Positions 12,159 through 22,325 are shown, numbered from the stretch's first letter. The stretch: DNA of 64,000 bases from an uncultured delta proteobacterium (GCA_963848135.1 CAWKCK010000003.1:868001-932000), one strand, 5' to 3'. A program made the numbers and translations. The notes: generated by a model not told the origin, from the sequence alone.

Positions 12159-12740
12159 TCATTTGCCCTTTAACGCCTTGTACCTGAAGCAATGCACCAG
12201 ATGATCATTGACGATGCCGCCGGCCTGGAGGAAAGAATAGCAGATGGTGGTGCCAACAAAAGAAAACCCCTCGTTCTTCAGCGCTTGGCTGACACTGTCT
12301 GAAAGTGCGGTGTGCGCGGGAATTTCGTTCAAATCCCGCCAGTTGTTTTGAATGACCCGGCCGTCCGTGAAGGACCAGATATAGGCGTCGAAGGATCCGT
12401 GCTTTTTCTGCAGATTCAGAAACGATTTGGCATTATTTACCGCTGCAAGGATTTTGAGCCGGTTGCGAATGATAGCCGCATTTTGACGGGCTTTTTCGAT
12501 CGCTTTTTCCGACATTCGGGCCACCTTGAAAGGATCGAAGTCCCGGAAAACCTTCCGGAAGGCTTCGCGCTTGTGCAGCACCGTCTTCCATGACAGGCCG
12601 GCCTGAAACGCGTCGAGCACGATGTATTCAAACCATCGCCGATCGTCATGGACGGGCACGCCCCATTCCTCATCGTGGTATTGCCGCATCAATTCATCGT
12701 TGCCCATCCAACCACAGCGCAATTTGTCGTCGATGGTCAT
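12159..12740 (-). CDS. tag: DNA-3-methyladenine glycosylase I
   Basis: RC.W, YHDEEWG.P, FQAGLSW, IRNRLKI, NDHL..C; start moved to ATG 12740 because the ORF extension overlaps a repeat remnant. Confidence 0.92.
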   Translation of the reverse strand: MTIDDKLRCGWMGNDELMRQYHDEEWGVPVHDDRRWFEYIVLDAFQAGLSWKTVLHKREAFRKVFRDFDPFKVARMSEKAIEKARQNAAIIRNRLKILAAVNNAKSFLNLQKKHGSFDAYIWSFTDGRVIQNNWRDLNEIPAHTALSDSVSQALKNEGFSFVGTTICYSFLQAGGIVNDHLVHCFRYKALKGK

Positions 12741-12778
12741 CGGGTTGTCCTCTTTCCCCGTTTTTTTTCTTCGATTTT

Positions 12779-12846
12779 TAGCGGTTGTCAAAATAAAATT
12801 CCGCAATCCAAATTCTAAAATTTTGGAATTGTCCATCCATTGATAC
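12779..12846 (-). repeat. Degenerate module-2 copy of the dispersed repeat
   Basis: tagcggttgtcaaaataaaattccg resembles tagtggttgtcaaaaaaacgttccg at 52748. Confidence 0.45.
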
Positions 12847-12904
12847 TTATGTATGTTTCAAATGGAACGAAATTATGAAAATCACTTTGAAACTCCTGTT
12901 ACAC
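12844..12904 (-). repeat. attC site, degenerate R'
   Basis: Minus strand GTGTAAC(alkD stop)-AGGAG-TTTCAAAG...TTTGAAA-CATAC-ATAAGTA. Confidence 0.55.
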
Positions 12905-13603
12905 CATACCCAGTAGATATTTTTTTCTCTCTTTCCCGGGGAATTTCTCGATGGCATAGCGCAGCATCGTACGCGGCATTTCCCGGTAGTGATTCTTCAA
13001 AAAGTCCCTCTCTACCGATAGGTCGCGCTTGCCGATTTCCCTCAGCATCCAGCCCACCGCCTTGTGAATCAGGTCTTCTTCATCCTTTAATAGCATGCGA
13101 GAGATATCCAGAGCGGTATCGAAGTCATTCGCTTTGATCATCGGAAAGGTCGCAATGATGGCGATCCGTCGCTCCCAGAGGTTATTGGCGGCGGCCAAGC
13201 GGTAGAGCGGTTGTTTGTCTTTGTCGACCAGATACATACCGACAATGTGACCGGCAGAACTGTCAACCAGGTCCCAGTTGTTGATATAGTCCGTGTGCTT
13301 TAAATACTGTTCGCAAATTGTTTTTCTTTCGCTGACCTGTCCTTTTGAGTATTTTTCCATCAAAAGGAAGAGGGCCAACAGGCGCTCTTCATGAAAGGTA
13401 GACCTAAGAACACGCAGAACTTCCGTAAGCGGCGTGTCTCTGAATTCTTTGGCTTTTTTTCTTAACACCGGAACCCGAATGCCCAGAAACCTGTCACCTT
13501 CTCCATATTCACCGGGCCCGGTTTTGAAAAAACGTATCGAGTGAGCGGCGATGGCGGGATCGCCCAGCGCCGTGAGCGCAAGATGTATTTCCTTTGCGGT
13601 CAT
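12899..13603 (-). CDS. DNA alkylation repair protein (AlkD-like HEAT glycosylase), cassette
   Basis: FFKTGPGEYGEGD.FLG, INNWDLVD, LWERR, IHKAVGWMLREIGK; start could be 13639. Confidence 0.85.
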   Translation of the reverse strand: MTAKEIHLALTALGDPAIAAHSIRFFKTGPGEYGEGDRFLGIRVPVLRKKAKEFRDTPLTEVLRVLRSTFHEERLLALFLLMEKYSKGQVSERKTICEQYLKHTDYINNWDLVDSSAGHIVGMYLVDKDKQPLYRLAAANNLWERRIAIIATFPMIKANDFDTALDISRMLLKDEEDLIHKAVGWMLREIGKRDLSVERDFLKNHYREMPRTMLRYAIEKFPGKERKKYLLGMV

Positions 13604-13662
13604 GCAGACCTTCCGGGGGTCATTCTTGGGTGCTTCCATTTAATCAATACCAGGCAATGAGC

Positions 13663-13712
13663 GCGTAACTGGTTCCGCAACACCACTTCGTTAAGTCTAC
13701 CGAAGGTTCGGC
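13663..13712 (-). repeat. Possible eroded attC
   Basis: gcgtaac...gttcggc between two cassette-like genes; internal symmetry is poor. Confidence 0.3.
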
Positions 13713-13729
13713 TATCGAGAGTCGCTATT

Positions 13730-13972
13730 TCACCCGACGATGTGCAAAGCAAAATAGGGGATCAGGATAAAAAGCAATGTCCCCATTTTAAATATAGCCA
13801 TTCCCGCATAATGAATGCCGTCAAACGTTTCAACGGAGATATTAAACCACTTGCTGTGAAGGCGATAGACCCAATCATGGGCCAGGGCTATGAATATAAA
13901 CCACCACACCAGCAAGGCAATATTCATTACAGCGCACCAGGCCAGTACTTTTCTTATGATTTCAATTGTCAT
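13730..13972 (-). CDS. Small membrane protein (DUF6868-like)
   Basis: 80 aa, two TM segments, H..WF...E.FD..HY pattern; gagg RBS. Confidence 0.7.
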   Translation of the reverse strand: MTIEIIRKVLAWCAVMNIALLVWWFIFIALAHDWVYRLHSKWFNISVETFDGIHYAGMAIFKMGTLLFILIPYFALHIVG

Positions 13973-13993
13973 GGTTCCTCCTCGTTGATTATT

Positions 13994-14935
13994 CTATCTT
14001 ACAATTTCTTGAAAGCGGATAAACAATGCCAGTCCGCAGAATACCATAAAAATACCGATAAGGGCTACCGGGTTCGGCAGGGGAGCATTCAGAAGCAAAA
14101 TCTCGCCTGTCATCGCAAAGATAACCTCACTGGACTGGGTCGCATCGACAGCGGCCAGTTCGCTGGCTTTTTTGGATTTACTGCGTGCAAAAAGAAAAAG
14201 ACTGGTTGCGAATATTCCGGAAAAGAGCGCGACCAGGACTGTGTTGAACAGTTGCCCGCTTGACGGCAGGGGCGGTGCCGCGATCAGGATAAGCAAGCCC
14301 CAAAAAGGCAAAGATCCCATGGATAGCAGCAAAACTTTATTGAACGGATTGTCTATGCAGGCGCTCTGAATATCGGGCAGGTTCTTGTTGCCGTTCCGGG
14401 CTTCCCATACCAGTTGATTTCCGACCGGATAACAGAAAGCAGCGATGAAGACTGGTAAGCCGCCCATGAAGACCTCTTTTATATCGGTGGTGTCAATGTG
14501 GCTCAGATTGACCATTAGGACCCCGGCAAACACGATCAGTGAAAAAACCCAGGTCTTTTTGGGAAAAGACCTGCCGAAACAGATCAAAACGAAGAGGCTG
14601 GCAATGATCGTCAGCTGCCACGTCGTGGCGATGATCCACCCCGGCGCATGGTCCGCACTGAAGCAAATGAGGGCATAGAAACAGCCGAAGCCGATGCTTC
14701 CCGAAATTATCCAAAATTTCCAATGTTGGAAAAAGAGCCGGAAAACCTGGCATAGCGCGCCCCACCCTTGAAATAGGGGTAAGCTTAAGATCAGAAAAAG
14801 GACCATATACAGGTATCGAAGGCAGGCCGACCATACCCAGTGGCCCCCCTCTAAACTCATCACCCGGTTCAAGATGAACGTCGAACTGAAAAACATGCCG
14901 GAGAGAAGCCCGATGGCGATTAGCTTTGTCATCAA
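13994..14935 (-). CDS. DMT-superfamily putative multidrug efflux transporter (YjlA-like)
   Basis: ~10 TM; FF..TF.LNR.M, YP.GN, AVDATQS.EV. Confidence 0.8.
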   Translation of the reverse strand: MMTKLIAIGLLSGMFFSSTFILNRVMSLEGGHWVWSACLRYLYMVLFLILSLPLFQGWGALCQVFRLFFQHWKFWIISGSIGFGCFYALICFSADHAPGWIIATTWQLTIIASLFVLICFGRSFPKKTWVFSLIVFAGVLMVNLSHIDTTDIKEVFMGGLPVFIAAFCYPVGNQLVWEARNGNKNLPDIQSACIDNPFNKVLLLSMGSLPFWGLLILIAAPPLPSSGQLFNTVLVALFSGIFATSLFLFARSKSKKASELAAVDATQSSEVIFAMTGEILLLNAPLPNPVALIGIFMVFCGLALFIRFQEIVR

Positions 14936-14947
14936 TCTTCGATTTCA

Positions 14948-15928
14948 TTAAATCAATGTTGCGCCTTCAGCCAGGCCCGGTCGCGCCAACGTGTTAATGC
15001 GTTGCAGGTTCGCGGGATCGAGCTTGATCTTCGCCGCCCTGGCGTTTTCGTCAATTCGCGCTGTTTGCCGGGTGCCGGGTATCGGAAAGATGTCTTGCCC
15101 TTGATGCAGCAGCCAGGCCAGGGCCAGCTGCGCCGGGGTGATATCCATCTCTTGCGCCAAGTTCATGAACGGCGCGAAGCGGTCACGGTTGACCGCCAGG
15201 TTTTCGGCACTAAATCGCGGATTGTTTTGCCGAAAATCATCCTGATCCAGTTTTTCTACGGTTCCCGTGAGAAAGCCGCTGCCGAGCGGGGACCAGGGCA
15301 CCAGGGCAATTCCACGTTCTCTCAGGGTGGGCAATAGGTCTATTTCGGCCTCCCGGCGCCACAGTGAATACTCGTATTGTACGGCAGTAATCGGATGGAT
15401 CTTGTGCGTTTGCCGGACGTGCTCCGCCGTGACGTTGCTCAGGCCCAAATAGCGCACCTTTCCTGCGCTGACGGCTTCCGCCATGGCACCCACCGTGTCT
15501 TCGATCGGGGTGCCGGGATCCGGATAGTGAAGATACAACAAGTCGATGACATCACGGCCCAGTCGTTCGAGGCTGCCGTCAATAGCCTTGAGCACGTAGT
15601 CCGGCCGGCCGTTGAGCTTCAGTGAAAACCCCCATCCAGTCGGTGATTCCGTGCCGGTCTCCTTCTCGTCGAAAACGATACCGAATTTGGTGGCCACAAA
15701 GGTTTGGTTACCAAGGCCTTTAATGGCTCGGCCGATCAAGCGTTCATTGTGACCGCCGCCGTAGGCATCGGCCGAATCGATCATCATCCCAGCGTCAACG
15801 GCATGCCGGATCGTTTCAACCGCCTGGCTGTCGTCGGAAGAGCCGTAGTAGCCTTCGAGAACCATGGCGCCATAGCCGAGACAACCGATTTCTGGTCCCT
15901 TTTTTCCAAGGGGATATTTTTTGATCAT
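14948..15928 (-). CDS. Aldo/keto reductase
   Basis: DSADAYG, ATKFG, IDLLYLH, PWSPLG, PIPGT; start moved to ATG 15928 with ggagg RBS. Confidence 0.92.
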   Translation of the reverse strand: MIKKYPLGKKGPEIGCLGYGAMVLEGYYGSSDDSQAVETIRHAVDAGMMIDSADAYGGGHNERLIGRAIKGLGNQTFVATKFGIVFDEKETGTESPTGWGFSLKLNGRPDYVLKAIDGSLERLGRDVIDLLYLHYPDPGTPIEDTVGAMAEAVSAGKVRYLGLSNVTAEHVRQTHKIHPITAVQYEYSLWRREAEIDLLPTLRERGIALVPWSPLGSGFLTGTVEKLDQDDFRQNNPRFSAENLAVNRDRFAPFMNLAQEMDITPAQLALAWLLHQGQDIFPIPGTRQTARIDENARAAKIKLDPANLQRINTLARPGLAEGATLI

Positions 15929-16002
15929 TTTATTCCTCCAAACGGATATATACCGAATGACCTCCCGGCGATTATAGCCATTTGTCGAGCGATCCACCAG
16001 CC

Positions 16003-16422
16003 TCAGTTGTGGATCGAACTTTCAGGCAACCGTTTAAAGCCGATTTTCTGAGCGGCCTTAAGATTCGGTGCGGAGATTTCATAGATATTGATTTGGCCCG
16101 TTGGAGATCCACACACAGCGATACCCTCACGACCATCGAAGCCTTTGTGCATGGAAAGAACGTCAATGCCGGCGATCGTTAACTGTTGCTTCATCGCTAT
16201 CAAGTTAATGCCGGGAGCAATTTCACAGTGATTCGTTCCATCTAGCTTATACACAAAAAGAGAATTCTCCGGATGAACATCATCGGAGTGAACCAAAAAT
16301 GGCCAGCAGAGAATCCATATAAAAATAACCCCGTACATCCGAACACTCAATCCAGGATACCACGTTTGACGAGAGGATGGATTACTGGACCCGCTGTTGG
16401 GCTCAATACTGAAAAAGTTCAT
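16003..16422 (-). CDS. Hypothetical exported protein
   Basis: Hydrophobic N-terminal stretch, CE...CGSPTG motif; start uncertain. Confidence 0.55.
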   Translation of the reverse strand: MNFFSIEPNSGSSNPSSRQTWYPGLSVRMYGVIFIWILCWPFLVHSDDVHPENSLFVYKLDGTNHCEIAPGINLIAMKQQLTIAGIDVLSMHKGFDGREGIAVCGSPTGQINIYEISAPNLKAAQKIGFKRLPESSIHN

Positions 16423-16453
16423 TGGAACACCATCCGTTGGGTTATATATTAAC

Positions 16454-16984
16454 TCACTGGTGTTGACAATTCTTCAAACCGGCGTGCGCCATTCGCGAAA
16501 CCACTAAATGGTGAAAAGGTCGGATAAGATTAAAGTAAACCGGTCCGGTCCAATGCTTATAGAAAATGGTTGTGACGATGTAAAATCGATTGTTTGCATT
16601 GGCCAACGGTTCTGCGGCGACACCAAAGTATGCCTTCAGGTGTTTGTCGCGCGGTGTTTCAGAAATCCAATAAGCGCCCTCTTTGGCACACCGAACCTCA
16701 AAGAAGGTCACAATCTCGCCAGGGCTGAATGATACCTCTTCAGGGTGCAGATTCGGTGTTTTGTCAGGCTCGGGGTGATTGACGAGGCCGAGAAGGCTGG
16801 CCACAATTTTACGCGCTCCGTAAAGCAATACGAGCCAGGGCGGATAGTACGACAACAATGAGGCGATGAACTGGCGCAAGGTGACGTTGCCTTCATAAAT
16901 CTTGACATCCGTATAGTCGGATCCTTCGATGTATGGCAACCATTCTCTATTGTTGCGCAAATAAGTCATTTGGCCCGTCATCAC
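16454..16984 (-). CDS. DUF2867-like protein
   Basis: DKHL, HWTGPVYFNLIRPFHHLVV C-terminal motif. Confidence 0.75.
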   Translation of the reverse strand: MMTGQMTYLRNNREWLPYIEGSDYTDVKIYEGNVTLRQFIASLLSYYPPWLVLLYGARKIVASLLGLVNHPEPDKTPNLHPEEVSFSPGEIVTFFEVRCAKEGAYWISETPRDKHLKAYFGVAAEPLANANNRFYIVTTIFYKHWTGPVYFNLIRPFHHLVVSRMAHAGLKNCQHQ

Positions 16985-17007
16985 TGCCCCCTTCCATTAT
17001 GCACCGC

Positions 17008-17361
17008 TTAACCTGCCCGGGTCCCGGCAGGTACCGGTTTTTCGGGCGTTGCCAGCACAGGGGTGAGGCCGTCCGCATAACCGATGTCGAATAGCATTCC
17101 TTCAGATACCTCACCCATCATTTTTCGCGGGGCCAGGTTCACGACAAACAAGGCCTGTTTACCTTTGAGCGCTGCCAGATCTTCACGTTCCTGCTTGAGT
17201 CCGGCCAGTATTGTCCTTTTGTGATCCCCGACATCGACAATCAACTTTACGAGCTTATCTGCGCCTTGAATATCTTCAATGCGTTCAATCGTACCAATAC
17301 GAATATCGATTTTTTCGACAATTTCATATTGTACGATCGGTTTTATTGGTGCGATTTTCAT
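17008..17361 (-). CDS. tRNA-binding OB-fold protein (Trbp111/CsaA family)
   Basis: IDIRIGTI, NLAPRKMMGEVSEGM; aaggag RBS before ATG 17361. Confidence 0.85.
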   Translation of the reverse strand: MKIAPIKPIVQYEIVEKIDIRIGTIERIEDIQGADKLVKLIVDVGDHKRTILAGLKQEREDLAALKGKQALFVVNLAPRKMMGEVSEGMLFDIGYADGLTPVLATPEKPVPAGTRAG

Positions 17362-17423
17362 ATCTATTTTTCTCCTTGCGAGACATATCGGTGAGATCAA
17401 GCGTATTGTCGGAGAGAGCGACA

Positions 17424-17524
17424 CGGTAACAGTATTCGCCCGGACACCTCACAGAATAATATATCGTGGCACTTTCCTTTTGTATTGAAGATACGCCTTG
17501 CCGTCCGATGCATCCAGAGGTCTG
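17424..17524 (-). repeat. Possible eroded attC
   Basis: Minus strand GATGCATCGGACGG...CCGGGCGAATACT-GTTACCG after the nitrilase stop; R'' not recognisable. Confidence 0.35.
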
Positions 17525-18499
17525 CTATTCGATAATTGACAATGTACTCTGGCGCTTTCGGTTCAGCCTCAGTTGGGTTACGTCGGGCCTGGCATAATGT
17601 CCCACGGGGTCAAAGTTCTGGCGTTCCGCTCTTACACGCTGGTGATCGATGGTTGTGACAATCAGCCTTTCTTCTTCTACGATGGGTTCAATAACCCATT
17701 CGCCATCAGGTCCGGCAAGGCAGGAGCCGCCGTTGGCCAGCAAAGCGGAACTGTTGCAGAGTATCAAGTCAAGGTGAGGCGTTGCCGTATCGAAGTCGCT
17801 CTTGCGCATTAGACCCGAAGCTGAAAGAACGTAGGCGCGGGCTTCTTTGGCGATGAAACGCGTAATATCCGATGTGTTGTGCGCGCCGCCCGGCCAGACA
17901 GCCACGTGCAGGTCCTCGCCTTGAGCGTACATGGCCGCCCGGGCCAGAGGCATCCAGTTTTCCCAGCAATTCAGCCCGCCGACGGTAAACGGTCCTAATC
18001 GGTGAACGCGCAGGCCGTGGCCATCACCCGGCGCCCAGGTAAGCCGTTCTTCATATGTGGGCATCAGTTTGCGATGGATGGATTGGATGCCGCCTTTTCG
18101 ATCGATATAGACCAGCGAGCAGTACAAACTGTGTCCGCCTCTGTCCTTGGCCCGCTCGATACATCCCAGGTAAACTGCTAACTGCATCTCTCTCGCCGCG
18201 TCACATAAACCATCGAGGTGTCCGGCTTCAATCTGAACCGCCTGGTCCATATAGTGCGCGTGGATGTCCTTTTGGACGGGAGAGTTGAATCGGGCACCCT
18301 CAGTCAGTTCAATCCAAAACGGGTAGCCCGGCAATAATGCCTCTCCGAAAGCAACCAGGCGGCAATCGGCCTCCCCGGCCAATTTCGTATAACGTATTAT
18401 CTTGTCGAGCGTTGCCTCCCGATGGAGCCACACCGGCGCAATTTGCGCAATGCCGATGGTCAACCTGTCATTGGGCTTTATGATCGATTCGGTTTCCAT
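17525..18499 (-). CDS. Nitrilase (carbon-nitrogen hydrolase)
   Basis: E-K-C triad: FGEALLPGYP, HRKLMPT, LNCWEN. Confidence 0.9.
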   Translation of the reverse strand: METESIIKPNDRLTIGIAQIAPVWLHREATLDKIIRYTKLAGEADCRLVAFGEALLPGYPFWIELTEGARFNSPVQKDIHAHYMDQAVQIEAGHLDGLCDAAREMQLAVYLGCIERAKDRGGHSLYCSLVYIDRKGGIQSIHRKLMPTYEERLTWAPGDGHGLRVHRLGPFTVGGLNCWENWMPLARAAMYAQGEDLHVAVWPGGAHNTSDITRFIAKEARAYVLSASGLMRKSDFDTATPHLDLILCNSSALLANGGSCLAGPDGEWVIEPIVEEERLIVTTIDHQRVRAERQNFDPVGHYARPDVTQLRLNRKRQSTLSIIE

Positions 18500-18544
18500 G
18501 TTTTTATCCCCTCAGGCAAACACTGCAGTTCAACAGAGTTGTTA

Positions 18545-18687
18545 GAAGTTGTTTCAAAACCACATCTAACACACCATCGCGGTGTTGTGGTCCTTCTCAA
18601 AATTCTCACAGACGCCCATGCATGCGGCGTTTATTCATCGGTCCACGATTTGCACTTGGGTGTAATCTAAGGTTTCGAAAAAACTTC
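18545..18687. mobile_element. 143-bp MITE-like element
   Basis: 17-bp terminal inverted repeats with 2 mismatches (gaagttgtttcaaaacc / ggtttcgaaaaaacttc), TA on both flanks, no ORF. Confidence 0.75.
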
Positions 18688-19163
18688 TAATCGTTTCCCT
18701 TTGTTTCTATTGTTTCTCTTTGGTCGGCACTCATGGGTTCATTACTGGTAAGGCGTTTGCCCATGCTCAAAACCGGGTCTTTTGTAAACCCAATACTTTT
18801 GTAGAACCGAATGACGTCAGTATTGGTTTCTCTGATCTGCAGGTTGATTTTTGAACAACCGGCGGCACGCAGCACCTTTTCGGCTTCCCGTATCAATAGC
18901 GTGGCGATGCCGCGATGCCTGTATGCCGGTAAAACGGCTAAATAGTTGATCCACCCCCGATGCCCCTCATAGCCAACCATGCAGCTCGCAACGAGCTTAC
19001 CCTCGATTGCACCGATCAAGAACCATTCCGGATTGACCATTAGCTTTCTGGCAATGTCACGTACCGGATTGTTCTTTCGGGTAATCAGGTGACATTTGTC
19101 CCATAACTTTATGACATCATTTTCATCGTCGGGGTGGTATGGCCGAATCAGTAGGTTTTGCAT
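18687..19163 (-). CDS. GNAT acetyltransferase (YpeA-like)
   Basis: MVGYEGHRGWINYLAV, R.RGIA, KINLQIR..N. Confidence 0.88.
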   Translation of the reverse strand: MQNLLIRPYHPDDENDVIKLWDKCHLITRKNNPVRDIARKLMVNPEWFLIGAIEGKLVASCMVGYEGHRGWINYLAVLPAYRHRGIATLLIREAEKVLRAAGCSKINLQIRETNTDVIRFYKSIGFTKDPVLSMGKRLTSNEPMSADQRETIETKGND

Positions 19164-19397
19164 AATATTTATGTGTACCTGATTAACAGTTTTGCGAATA
19201 CCAGAAATGTTGGCCTTTATAGCAGGTTTAATATAGTAGTATCAGCCTTATGCCTGACGGGGTCAAATTTTTCCATTTTGTTAATAGAACCGCAACCAAA
19301 GATAGTTTACTTAGCGCACGAGCAATAGAGAAAGTTGACTTATCGTTAACGTGAGCGGGGGCAGAACACCGTAAAACATTCCACTTATAGAGATGGG

Positions 19398-19832
19398 TCA
19401 AATGGCCGAGGCAAGAGAGCGAAATACATGCCACATAACAAACGGGATTGCGGCCGCGCTAAAAAGCAACAGTAAAGATAGCAGCTGAATAACCCGACCG
19501 CGTTGGCATCCCTTCGAACCCTCTAAAATGTGTGTGTCAAGCACGACAGCCAACCCCGGGGGCGGAAACCTTTGCGTACGAACCGTTCGATTTCCTATCA
19601 ATAATAGATAGGTTCCTGCCCCAAGTATCGGAGATACAAGTATCCACGATGCGAGAAAGATGATAAGCGTATTCTCAATCAGGAAATCGATGTTCCTCTC
19701 GAGCCATGATTGGAATTCGTCCTGAAAAGACTCGAAAGCTAAAATCGCACAAACCCCAAGAAGAGTGGTGACACAGATTAACCAGATAACTTTCCGTCTG
19801 GCTCCAGGATCGGCTTTTTGTATTGTGCCCAT
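19398..19832 (-). CDS. Hypothetical membrane protein (3 TM)
   Basis: QKADP.ARR, RFPPPG; start moved to ATG 19832. Confidence 0.65.
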   Translation of the reverse strand: MGTIQKADPGARRKVIWLICVTTLLGVCAILAFESFQDEFQSWLERNIDFLIENTLIIFLASWILVSPILGAGTYLLLIGNRTVRTQRFPPPGLAVVLDTHILEGSKGCQRGRVIQLLSLLLLFSAAAIPFVMWHVFRSLASAI

Positions 19833-19887
19833 GTGTAGATTCAGCCACCTTACCATCCAGATACCATATGTGCGGCCTTCGGAATTG

Positions 19888-20370
19888 TCAAAAAAGCAGG
19901 TTCATTGAATGAGGCAGCAGTCTATTCGAAGTCGAGCATGAGGTTCCACTGGTCGGCGAACACGCCAATGTCGAGTGAAGAGTCACCCACTTCGGTTCCA
20001 ACAAGCAAGAAGGCATTCGCTCCCTGAGGAAATCCCGTAAATGGCGGTGCTCCTCCCCGGGATCGGAAGTTTTTGGCATTGAGTTCATAGCGCCCGCTGT
20101 AGAGAAGGGCATAGAATAGTAAAATCTCCCGCCATCGTATTGAATGTGAAGAGCGATCGTGTCTGGAGGAGAATCTGACTTGTCACGTTCACCAGGAAAT
20201 AGGAATCCCTTTGCATCGAGGATAATCGCATCGGTGGACTGGATTCTCAAGAAACCGCCGTTTGGGAACTTGAGAGTTTGGATGACAATAGTCCCTGATT
20301 CTGCTGCGGTTGAGTAATATGGATAATTGATACACGGTTTTTCCTCCCTATCAATTTGTTTTACATTCAC
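19888..20370 (-). CDS. Hypothetical protein, C-terminus possibly degraded
   Basis: ORF directly after the 20372 gene; no motif recognised. Confidence 0.4.
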   Translation of the reverse strand: MNVKQIDREEKPCINYPYYSTAAESGTIVIQTLKFPNGGFLRIQSTDAIILDAKGFLFPGERDKSDSPPDTIALHIQYDGGRFYYSMPFSTAGAMNSMPKTSDPGEEHRHLRDFLRERMPSCLLEPKWVTLHSTLACSPTSGTSCSTSNRLLPHSMNLLF

Positions 20371-20371
20371 G

Positions 20372-20986
20372 TCAGGTCAGTTCTTGTTGCATGCTCTTCG
20401 CAATACAGTATAAGGAGCTAACATCGTCCACTGTTTCCCCTCCGGTCAGCAGAGGTTCAAAATAAATTAACCCGTGCCCGTGAGCGAATGTCACCGACAG
20501 AGGGTGACGTGCATTACACGACGCTGCTATGCGCTTTGAGGTCCCTGCGATCTCGGAATTCGGAGGGTTTGATTTGGGCGGTCTTTGTATTGCCTGACCG
20601 GACTTGTCTACAAGAAAGAACTCATTATGGTCTGTCGAGACGTCGAAGAGAGCAACTATCCGGGGAAAGTGTGTTGAGTAAGACTGGGCGTGCGGGTTAA
20701 GGTCAAGGAGCTCGACGGCTTGAAAGACCAAGATTGGTCCTCCGTCGATGAGATTCGATAGCTGCCCGAAGCTTCGCACCAAGTTCGCAGTTTTAAGTGA
20801 AAAACTGGCGTCAAGCGTCTTCTGCAAATCTTCTTCGAGCTCCGGACTGATATGGAGTTGATGCTTATTCGCAAACGCTACGAGTTTTTTCTTTCGGTGT
20901 CGTGAGTACCAGACGAGATAAAGCCCGACGCCTGCAAAGAGTGGCACAAGAATCCAAAATACGAGAGCCCCTGAACCTTCGTTCAT
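20372..20986 (-). CDS. Hypothetical membrane-anchored protein
   Basis: N-terminal TM followed by a basic stretch; starts just after attC R' at 21019. Confidence 0.65.
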   Translation of the reverse strand: MNEGSGALVFWILVPLFAGVGLYLVWYSRHRKKKLVAFANKHQLHISPELEEDLQKTLDASFSLKTANLVRSFGQLSNLIDGGPILVFQAVELLDLNPHAQSYSTHFPRIVALFDVSTDHNEFFLVDKSGQAIQRPPKSNPPNSEIAGTSKRIAASCNARHPLSVTFAHGHGLIYFEPLLTGGETVDDVSSLYCIAKSMQQELT

Positions 20987-21018
20987 AGCTTATTCTACCG
21001 TGCTGTTCGATCCATGGC

Positions 21019-21219
21019 GTATAACGCCACTTTTCATTGGCTGTGCAAGTCGGTGACTGCCATAACGCCGCGCTTTGTTGTGTATACGCATCTGCCTTGT
21101 TTGTGAAACTGAGCCAAATGTGTAGAAAAATGAATTCGAAATACTATTCAGTTATGTAGCTTTGTGTCATTTTATCAGCGAGCATGCCTGATACGGCATC
21201 AGTGAGAACTTTGTCACAC
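21019..21219 (-). repeat. Long degenerate attC related to the 27619 site
   Basis: gtataac-gccac-ttttca...gagaacttt-gtcacac versus tgctaac-gccgc-ttttca...gagaacttt-gttagtg. Confidence 0.55.
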
Positions 21220-21345
21220 GAGACGACATATTTCCAGTCTACATTTTGGCCGACGAATTCGAAATGTTGCTTGTTTCTTGTATCAATGTTCAGATTTTCA
21301 GTTCATATAAAACCCCAGCCCCCAGCTGCAGGGAGATTCATTCGG

Positions 21346-21960
21346 TCATAATTCTGTTAGCCAAAGATAAATTAACAAAGCTAAAATAGCTAGGATTATT
21401 GACCACAAGAAAAAGGCTTTACGAGTTGCTCTCCTGGCTTTATCGACCTCCCACCAGGCTCGAGGACTGACGCCCTGAAGGAAGAATGTTATAACTCCGG
21501 CAAGATTAATGCAGATTATGTTGGTGATAAAAAGCAGCAGTGCAGCAATAGCTTTGGGGTAATTTCCTGCGCCAAACATCAAACCGCAAACTGTCAAGGG
21601 CGGCAAAAGAGCTACGGCTACCATAACACCAATGATAACGGCGATATTATTCCTCATCAAACCAATTGCTGCCACGACAGTAGATAGGGCAGTTAGCGAA
21701 ACATAAACTTTGGTTAACTTGGCACTGTCAGCTATATCAGAGTATAATTCTTCTCTGCTGATTCTAAGTGACGTAGTTTCCTCTTTTTCGGTATTTACTT
21801 GATCGAAAGGGGCGATATCTGAATCGCTTTTATTGATACGAGGAAGAGAAGCCTCTACGGGTAATAAAACAATTTGGAAACCACTCACGGAAGAGTACTT
21901 ATTTTCGAAAAGATCCATTATCTTTTCACTGTTTCCGGAATCAGTAAGGGCGCTTATCAC
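21346..21960 (-). pseudogene. TIGR00341/DUF389 membrane protein, internally deleted and 5' truncated
   Basis: RISREELY, AVIIG joined directly to VMVAVALLPPL, TNIICINLAG; central segment missing. Confidence 0.7.
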
Positions 21961-22325
21961 AGAATTGCCATCAGCTGATTCTTCTTGCCGAAAGTATTGC
22001 GGTATGCGGTGAGTGGCACAGATGGATTCGTGATAAGATGGTCGGGAACGATGATACCGGAGATACGCGTAAATTGGATTTGTAACATCAGTATCATCGG
22101 CATCGATTGGAACAGTCGTATACTAATTTGTACCCAACTCGGATTTGTATGATTCGTCTCTTTCGATGGTGCTCTATCGTTTAGTGATCGGTACACGCTA
22201 CGTTTTTGGCAGGTTTCAGAGCCTTGTCTGTATGTGTGGACTACCATTCAAGCTCAGCGTTGGCAGCCACCGCGTGTTACCGGCCGGATAATCTGGATAC
22301 GCGTCAGCCATTGCACTTCGACGCT

